Positions 55,238 through 64,000 of a stretch of 64,000 nt of DNA are shown piece by piece. The position numbers were made by a program, and so were the translations under genes. Below the pieces are notes generated by a model. It saw only the letters and a list, made by a program, of their open reading frames with translations. It searched no databases and was not told where the DNA came from. The stretch covers positions 6,057-70,056 of the forward strand of contig CAXHJY010000652.1 of assembly GCA_964016885.1 (NCBI GenBank), in the 5' to 3' direction. Every line of letters starts with the position of its first letter. Within the stretch, counting starts at the first letter, position 1. Source of the DNA: Eledone cirrhosa (taxonomy: Eukaryota).

Positions 55238-57406
55238 ACTTTGAATAACTTTGAAATGTTTTGGCCAGTATTGGCCCAGGCCATGTCTAACTTAATAGCA
55301 CCACCTGGCGAAGTCTTTCAATTCAGGATTTGGGCACCATGGCCCATTCGAGAAGAGAATTACTGTTTGCGGAGACATATCCGGGTGTGGGTGGTTTGTC
55401 CGGGATTACTTGGAGGAATTTGTCCAAAGACTTCTTGAATTTTGTGTGGTCAGTTTCTGTTTTGACGTGTCCTGGTGTGATGTTGAAGAGAGCAGGGCCG
55501 ATTGAGGTGAAATAATTGTGCCGTATTGTTGTTATGAGTTGCGATTTAGATTTTTGAATGGGACGGATAGCACGGGGCCCAAGCCTTGGGTGTATCTTGA
55601 AGGCGATGCCAACATCATTTGGGCAGTGATGATGGAACATTTTCCACATCATGCAGATAATATAACGCTCACGGCGACGTTGGAGTGAGTAAAGTTTCAG
55701 GTTTTCCAATCGACCCCAGTAGTCAAGGTCTGACATGCCATCTATCTTTTTCGTGATTGCCCTTTGAGGAGCTTCAAGTTTCATGATACTTTGTTTCGTG
55801 TGGGGAGACCACAGTGGACAACAGTATTCAAGGTGTGGTCGGGCGAAAGTAGAGAAGAGAAGGATAATGGTGCGGGAATCTCTCGACTGGAAGGTTCTGA
55901 GGATCCAGGAACACATTCTGCGGGCCATGTCAACTTTGCTGCTTATATGCGTGGTCCAGCTTATGTTGCTGTCCACGGTTACTCCCAAGTCTCTGATGTT
56001 GTTAGATGCCACGAGAGTTTCCCCGGAGGGAAGGGAGTACGGGAGTTTCAGAGCATCCTCTTTTCCAAAGTGGATCAGTTCGAATTTGTCTTCGTTCAGT
56101 AACATGTTGTTCTTTTCTGCCCATTGGGTAACAGCCAGTAGGTCTGACTGAAGGCTTATCCGGTCATCCACGCCATTGATGACCTTTTGGAGCTTGGAAT
56201 CATCAGCGAAAATTTTAATGTTGCTGTGTTTGATGATGTCAGTGATGTCATTAATATAGATGATGAAGAGAAGTGGGCCCAACACAGTGCCTTGTGGGAC
56301 TCCACTACTGACTTTGGCTGGGCTTGATTTGACTCCCTCAACTACAACATGTTGGGTTCTGTTTGACAGGAAGCTCTTGATCCACTGCAGCAGCTTTCCA
56401 GTGACACCAATATTGGACAGCTTTCTCAGTAGAATGTTATGATCAACCCTGTCAAAGGCCTTGCTGAAATCAAGGTAGATAACATCAGTGTTGGAACCCT
56501 CTCCCAAGGCTCTCAAAATGTCATCAAAGTGATGCAGTAGTTGCGTCAGGCAATCCCTTCCATTACGGAATCCATGCTGGTTGGAGTTCAGCATATTGTT
56601 ACTCTCAAGGAAGTGGGTCATTCGCGATCTCACCACTCGCTCAAATACCTTAATGATATGAGAGGTGAGTGAGATTGGACGGTAATTCACGGCAAGGGAT
56701 TTGTTTCCCTTTTTGAAAACTGGGACAACAGACTGGGATAGAAGGTTTTCTGGCACATATCCAGCATCCAGTGAGTTCCGCCACAGATTGGCAAGAGGAG
56801 AAGCAAGTTGGTGTTGACACGCCTTCAAGACACAAGCAGGGAACCTATCGGGACCTACTGCTGAATTATGCTTGATTTCCTTTATTGCCGCCAAGACATC
56901 AGGGGCGCCAAACGTTATGTCCGATAAGGTGTAATGGGGAGTAACATCGCCGATACAGCCCAGATCGGCCATATCAGGATTGCTGAAAACAGAGCAGTAT
57001 TGTTTCTGCAGTATCTCACCCATGGTTTTAGCATTGTCTTGAAGAGTGCCATTTTCATCAATTAGAGGGCCAACAGTAGAGCCAGTGATTTTGTGTTTTT
57101 TTGCAAATGAAAAGAACACTTTGGGATTGAGTTTGATCTTCTCAATGGCCCAGGCCTCTTCAGCTCTTCTCTGATTGTTGATGAGGGACATTATGTTGTT
57201 TTGGAGGTTATGTTTTTTAATCTCTAGTGATGAAATGGCAGTCAAGTTGATGTGTTGCTGCTGACAGTATTTCAGCTTGTTGATTTTTTTGTTCGTTCTC
57301 TTAATTTTTCTGATGAGTGTTTTTCTATTTCTAGGGATTCTGCTCTTAGATTTGTTTATAGTTCTTAATGGGGTGTGTTTAGCACATATGTTTGTAACAG
57401 TGTCCA
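55238..57406 (-). mobile_element. Young 5'-truncated CR1-group LINE inserted in (TA)n
   Basis: Uninterrupted RT ORF; 3' tail (TTCAAAGTTA)2 on the minus strand. Confidence 0.9.
55323..57406 (-). CDS. CR1-group reverse transcriptase (partial; N-terminus lost at the TA junction)
   Basis: [75 protein letters not shown]. The YI-repeat N-terminus in the ORF track is microsatellite. Confidence 0.92.
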
Positions 57407-57447
57407 CATATATATATACATATATGTATACATATATATATATATTC

Positions 57448-57500
<53 letters not shown>

Positions 57501-57557
57501 CATACATATATATATACATATATATATATACATATATATATATACATATATATACAC

Positions 57558-57602
<45 letters not shown>

Positions 57603-57603
57603 C

Positions 57604-57634
<31 letters not shown>

Positions 57635-57689
57635 CCTATATACATATATATATATATATACATATAGATATATATACATATATGTATAC

Positions 57690-57842
<153 letters not shown>

Positions 57843-57956
57843 CATATACATATACATATATATATACATATATGTATACACATATATATATATATATATA
57901 TATACATATATATATACATATATATGTATATATATATATATATATATGTATACATA

Positions 57957-57988
<32 letters not shown>

Positions 57989-58048
57989 CATATATACATA
58001 TATATATATATATACACATATATGTAGACATATATATATATATATATA

Positions 58049-59339
58049 TATATATGTGAATATAGACATAGAATATTCGAAAATATTCTGTATGTTTATA
58101 ATAAACATTTTGAAGACCTAATCGCTATAGAATAGAATACGTCACGTATTACAATTAGATTCTCGATAAAAGCAAGGGAAGTAATCTACGCGTTTCATTC
58201 TCGTAAGAAATCATCAGGACTACATATCCAGTGCTTTTATCGAGAATGACACAGCTAGAGACTTATAGAATACTTAGCTGTGTACAGGAACTGGTTTGAA
58301 AGAGCGGTTGCCGGTCCGGCAGAAATTAGAAATTGGAATAAATGCTCTGAAATAGCGATATATATGTGAATATAGACATAGAATATTCGAAAATATTCTG
58401 TATGTTTATAATAAACATTTTGAAGACCTAATCGCTATAGAATAGAATACGTCACGTATTACAATTAGATTCTCGATAAAAGCAAGGGAAGTAATCTACG
58501 CGTTTCATTCTCGTAAGAAATCATCAGGACTACATATCCAGTGCTTTTATCGAGAATGACACAGCTAGAGACTTATAGAATACTTAGCTGTGTACAGGAA
58601 CTGGTTTGAAAGAGCGGTTGCCGGTCCGGCAGAAATTAGAAATTGGAATAAATGCTCTGAAATAGCGATATATATGTGAATATAGACATAGAATATTCGA
58701 AAATATTCTGTATGTTTATAATAAACATTTTGAAGACCTAATCGCTATAGAATAGAATACGTCACGTATTACAATTAGATTCTCGATAAAAGCAAGGGAA
58801 GTAATCTACGCGTTTCATTCTCGTAAGAAATCATCAGGACTACATATCCAGTGCTTTTATCGAGAATGACACAGCTAGAGACTTATAGAATACTTAGCTG
58901 TGTACAGGAACTGGTTTGAAAGAGCGGTTGCCGGTCCGGCAGAAATTAGAAATTGGAATAAATGCTCTGAAATAGCGATATATATGTGAATATAGACATA
59001 GAATATTCGAAAATATTCTGTATGTTTATAATAAACATTTTGAAGACCTAATCGCTATAGAATAGAATACGTCACGTATTACAATTAGATTCTCGATAAA
59101 AGCAAGGGAAGTAATCTACGCGTTTCATTCTCGTAAGAAATCATCAGGACTACATATCCAGTGCTTTTATCGAGAATGACACAGCTAGAGACTTATAGAA
59201 TACTTAGCTGTGTACAGGAACTGGTTTGAAAGAGCGGTTGCCGGTCCGGCAGAAATTAGAAATTGGAATAAATGCTCTGAAATAGCGATATATATGTGAA
59301 TATAGACATAGAATATTCGAAAATATTCTGTATGTTTAT
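58049..59339 (-). repeat. 310-bp HHR tandem array, left (inverted) arm, about 4.2 units
   Basis: tatatgtgaatatagac recurs at 58051, 58361, 58671, 58981, 59291; minus-strand HHR cores at 58181, 58491, 58801, 59111. Confidence 0.95.
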
Positions 59340-59344
59340 GTTAT

Positions 59345-62238
59345 GCGATTAGGTCTTCAAAATGTTTATTATAAACATACAGAATATTTTCGAATATTCT
59401 ATGTCTATATTCACATATATATCGCTATTTCAGAGCATTTATTCCAATTTCTAATTTCTGCCGGACCGGCAACCGCTCTTTCAAACCAGTTCCTGTACAC
59501 AGCTAAGTATTCTATAAGTCTCTAGCTGTGTCATTCTCGATAAAAGCACTGGATATGTAGTCCTGATGATTTCTTACGAGAATGAAACGCGTAGATTACT
59601 TCCCTTGCTTTTATCGAGAATCTAATTGTAATACGTGACGTATTCTATTCTATAGCGATTAGGTCTTCAAAATGTTTATTATAAACATACAGAATATTTT
59701 CGAATATTCTATGTCTATATTCACATATATATCGCTATTTCAGAGCATTTATTCCAATTTCTAATTTCTGCCGGACCGGCAACCGCTCTTTCAAACCAGT
59801 TCCTGTACACAGCTAAGTATTCTATAAGTCTCTAGCTGTGTCATTCTCGATAAAAGCACTGGATATGTAGTCCTGATGATTTCTTACGAGAATGAAACGC
59901 GTAGATTACTTCCCTTGCTTTTATCGAGAATCTAATTGTAATACGTGACGTATTCTATTCTATAGCGATTAGGTCTTCAAAATGTTTATTATAAACATAC
60001 AGAATATTTTCGAATATTCTATGTCTATATTCACATATATATCGCTATTTCAGAGCATTTATTCCAATTTCTAATTTCTGCCGGACCGGCAACCGCTCTT
60101 TCAAACCAGTTCCTGTACACAGCTAAGTATTCTATAAGTCTCTAGCTGTGTCATTCTCGATAAAAGCACTGGATATGTAGTCCTGATGATTTCTTACGAG
60201 AATGAAACGCGTAGATTACTTCCCTTGCTTTTATCGAGAATCTAATTGTAATACGTGACGTATTCTATTCTATAGCGATTAGGTCTTCAAAATGTTTATT
60301 ATAAACATACAGAATATTTTCGAATATTCTATGTCTATATTCACATATATATCGCTATTTCAGAGCATTTATTCCAATTTCTAATTTCTGCCGGACCGGC
60401 AACCGCTCTTTCAAACCAGTTCCTGTACACAGCTAAGTATTCTATAAGTCTCTAGCTGTGTCATTCTCGATAAAAGCACTGGATATGTAGTCCTGATGAT
60501 TTCTTACGAGAATGAAACGCGTAGATTACTTCCCTTGCTTTTATCGAGAATCTAATTGTAATACGTGACGTATTCTATTCTATAGCGATTAGGTCTTCAA
60601 AATGTTTATTATAAACATACAGAATATTTTCGAATATTCTATGTCTATATTCACATATATATCGCTATTTCAGAGCATTTATTCCAATTTCTAATTTCTG
60701 CCGGACCGGCAACCGCTCTTTCAAACCAGTTCCTGTACACAGCTAAGTATTCTATAAGTCTCTAGCTGTGTCATTCTCGATAAAAGCACTGGATATGTAG
60801 TCCTGATGATTTCTTACGAGAATGAAACGCGTAGATTACTTCCCTTGCTTTTATCGAGAATCTAATTGTAATACGTGACGTATTCTATTCTATAGCGATT
60901 AGGTCTTCAAAATGTTTATTATAAACATACAGAATATTTTCGAATATTCTATGTCTATATTCACATATATATCGCTATTTCAGAGCATTTATTCCAATTT
61001 CTAATTTCTGCCGGACCGGCAACCGCTCTTTCAAACCAGTTCCTGTACACAGCTAAGTATTCTATAAGTCTCTAGCTGTGTCATTCTCGATAAAAGCACT
61101 GGATATGTAGTCCTGATGATTTCTTACGAGAATGAAACGCGTAGATTACTTCCCTTGCTTTTATCGAGAATCTAATTGTAATACGTGACGTATTCTATTC
61201 TATAGCGATTAGGTCTTCAAAATGTTTATTATAAACATACAGAATATTTTCGAATATTCTATGTCTATATTCACATATATATCGCTATTTCAGAGCATTT
61301 ATTCCAATTTCTAATTTCTGCCGGACCGGCAACCGCTCTTTCAAACCAGTTCCTGTACACAGCTAAGTATTCTATAAGTCTCTAGCTGTGTCATTCTCGA
61401 TAAAAGCACTGGATATGTAGTCCTGATGATTTCTTACGAGAATGAAACGCGTAGATTACTTCCCTTGCTTTTATCGAGAATCTAATTGTAATACGTGACG
61501 TATTCTATTCTATAGCGATTAGGTCTTCAAAATGTTTATTATAAACATACAGAATATTTTCGAATATTCTATGTCTATATTCACATATATATCGCTATTT
61601 CAGAGCATTTATTCCAATTTCTAATTTCTGCCGGACCGGCAACCGCTCTTTCAAACCAGTTCCTGTACACAGCTAAGTATTCTATAAGTCTCTAGCTGTG
61701 TCATTCTCGATAAAAGCACTGGATATGTAGTCCTGATGATTTCTTACGAGAATGAAACGCGTAGATTACTTCCCTTGCTTTTATCGAGAATCTAATTGTA
61801 ATACGTGACGTATTCTATTCTATAGCGATTAGGTCTTCAAAATGTTTATTATAAACATACAGAATATTTTCGAATATTCTATGTCTATATTCACATATAT
61901 ATCGCTATTTCAGAGCATTTATTCCAATTTCTAATTTCTGCCGGACCGGCAACCGCTCTTTCAAACCAGTTCCTGTACACAGCTAAGTATTCTATAAGTC
62001 TCTAGCTGTGTCATTCTCGATAAAAGCACTGGATATGTAGTCCTGATGATTTCTTACGAGAATGAAACGCGTAGATTACTTCCCTTGCTTTTATCGAGAA
62101 TCTAATTGTAATACGTGACGTATTCTATTCTATAGCGATTAGGTCTTCAAAATGTTTATTATAAACATACAGAATATTTTCGAATATTCTATGTCTATAT
62201 TCACATATATATCGCTATTTCAGAGCATTTATTCCAAT
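59345..62238 (+). repeat. 310-bp HHR tandem array (non-LTR retrozyme-like), right arm, about 9.3 units
   Basis: gcgattaggtcttc recurs every 310 bp from 59345 to 62135; HHR cores at 59557 + n*310 (n = 0-8). Confidence 0.95.
59557..59599 (+). ncRNA. Minimal type I hammerhead ribozyme (representative of 13 array copies)
   Basis: gtagtc-CTGATGA-t ttct tacg agaa t-GAAA-cgcg-TA-gattac; stem I extended by 16-bp attctcgataaaagca/tgcttttatcgagaat; palindromic stem III ACGCGT; GUA site. Confidence 0.9.
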
Positions 62239-62260
62239 ATATATATATATATATATATAA

Positions 62261-62308
<48 letters not shown>

Positions 62309-62326
62309 ATATATATATATACATAC

Positions 62327-62357
<31 letters not shown>

Positions 62358-62381
62358 CATATATATATATATACATATATG

Positions 62382-62415
<34 letters not shown>

Positions 62416-62416
62416 C

Positions 62417-62463
<47 letters not shown>

Positions 62464-62482
62464 CATATAAATATATATATAC

Positions 62483-62514
<32 letters not shown>

Positions 62515-62563
62515 ATATACATATACATATACATATATAATATATATATACATATACATATAC

Positions 62564-62738
<175 letters not shown>

Positions 62739-62785
62739 TGTATACATATAATAAATAACAAAGAACGCCTATAGCATATGCATAT

Positions 62786-62843
62786 CTTTACTTGCTAACA
62801 TTGTTTCATCCGCACTATAAGTGGGACTCATCAGAGCATAAAG
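62786..62843 (-). ncRNA. Type I hammerhead ribozyme
   Basis: Minus strand: ctttatgct-CTGATGA-gtcccac ttata gtgcggat-GAAA-caatg-TT-agcaagtaaag. Confidence 0.72.
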
Positions 62844-62947
62844 GTTAATTACATACCACACAAGCAATAACAAATCCAAGTCATTGAAGAATGAAAAATA
62901 ATAGAAGATAAAGGATATTAATATATATATATCATATATATATATAC

Positions 62948-62980
<33 letters not shown>

Positions 62981-62993
62981 GATATTTATATAC

Positions 62994-63030
<37 letters not shown>

Positions 63031-63145
63031 CATATTTATATACATATATATATATATATACATATACATGTATACATATACATATACATATATATATATA
63101 CATATATATATAGATATATGTATACACATATATATATATATATAC

Positions 63146-63189
<44 letters not shown>

Positions 63190-63192
63190 ACA

Positions 63193-63224
<32 letters not shown>

Positions 63225-63264
63225 CATATATACATATATATATATATATAGATATATGTATACA

Positions 63265-63341
<77 letters not shown>

Positions 63342-63373
63342 ATATATATATACATACATATATATATATATAC

Positions 63374-63418
<45 letters not shown>

Positions 63419-63652
63419 CATATATATATATATACATATATATATACATATATATGTAGATAAATCTACCAAGAGTTTACGGTAGTGTCCAATCCGTATG
63501 AAGAACTCAATGTAATCCTGATATCATGGAAAGAAGAGATGCATTCAAAAATCACTTTCGGTGAAAGATAAACGGAATACAGAGTCAAGATAAAATATTA
63601 AAAAAATAATGAATAAAACAATGAAACAGTTCCTTATATTAAACAAAAAAAG

Positions 63653-63805
63653 TTCATTATTTAACGATCGTTTCTAGGACATATATGTGTTAGAATTGGC
63701 ATGCATATTTAACAGATCTATGTACAAAATTATACAAAATTATACAAACTATCAAATTTAATATACATACCAACACATATATATGCCGTCTTCAGAAGTA
63801 ATGAA
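63653..63805 (-). ncRNA. Hammerhead-like motif with very long stem II (second copy)
   Basis: Minus strand: ttcattactt-CTGAAGA-...-GAAA-cgatcg-TT-aaataatgaa; 10-bp stem I with one mismatch. Confidence 0.65.
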
Positions 63806-64000
63806 ATATATTTATTGATAATAACAACAATTCAAAATTACAGGTCTGTTTGGGAACAGAGTTCAAATTGACCAATGAAATACACAGAAATATGTCCAGA
63901 AAATACAGTTAGGTGTGTGTATATATGAAAGTAACTTCGTTCACAGATATGCATAAAAATATATGTTCACATGCATACGCATGTCGAAAAAATGTATGTA

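Noticed and set aside
58049-62238. CRISPR array or tRNA/5S/snRNA gene cluster
   Set aside because: Units are identical with no variable spacers, there are no cas genes, the context is eukaryotic, and no tRNA, 5S or snRNA sequence is recognisable.

Overview
AT-rich eukaryotic (animal) non-genic DNA; the repeat families and huge (TA)n/(CATA)n tracts suggest a cephalopod such as octopus (inference). No host protein-coding gene is supported. The window is a nest of transposons: RTE, L1/Tx1-like, R4/Dong-like, CRE-like and CR1-like LINEs, a rearranged Ty3/Gypsy relic, a Tigger/pogo relic, tRNA-derived SINEs and three Penelope-like elements (PLEs). One PLE has an intact RT+GIY-YIG ORF apparently joined to an upstream ORF by a UUUUUUA -1 frameshift site. 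The main signal is RNA-level: about 24 type I hammerhead ribozyme (HHR) motifs can be folded by eye, most with a palindromic (dimer-type) stem III. Thirteen lie in an apparently homogeneous 310-bp tandem array (58049-62238) that flips orientation at about 59340, the architecture expected of a non-LTR retrozyme copied from a circular RNA by PLE machinery into TA microsatellites. A second, unrelated 469-bp HHR element (50991-51802) has the same inverted-plus-tandem build. All folds and alignments were done by eye and need computational confirmation.
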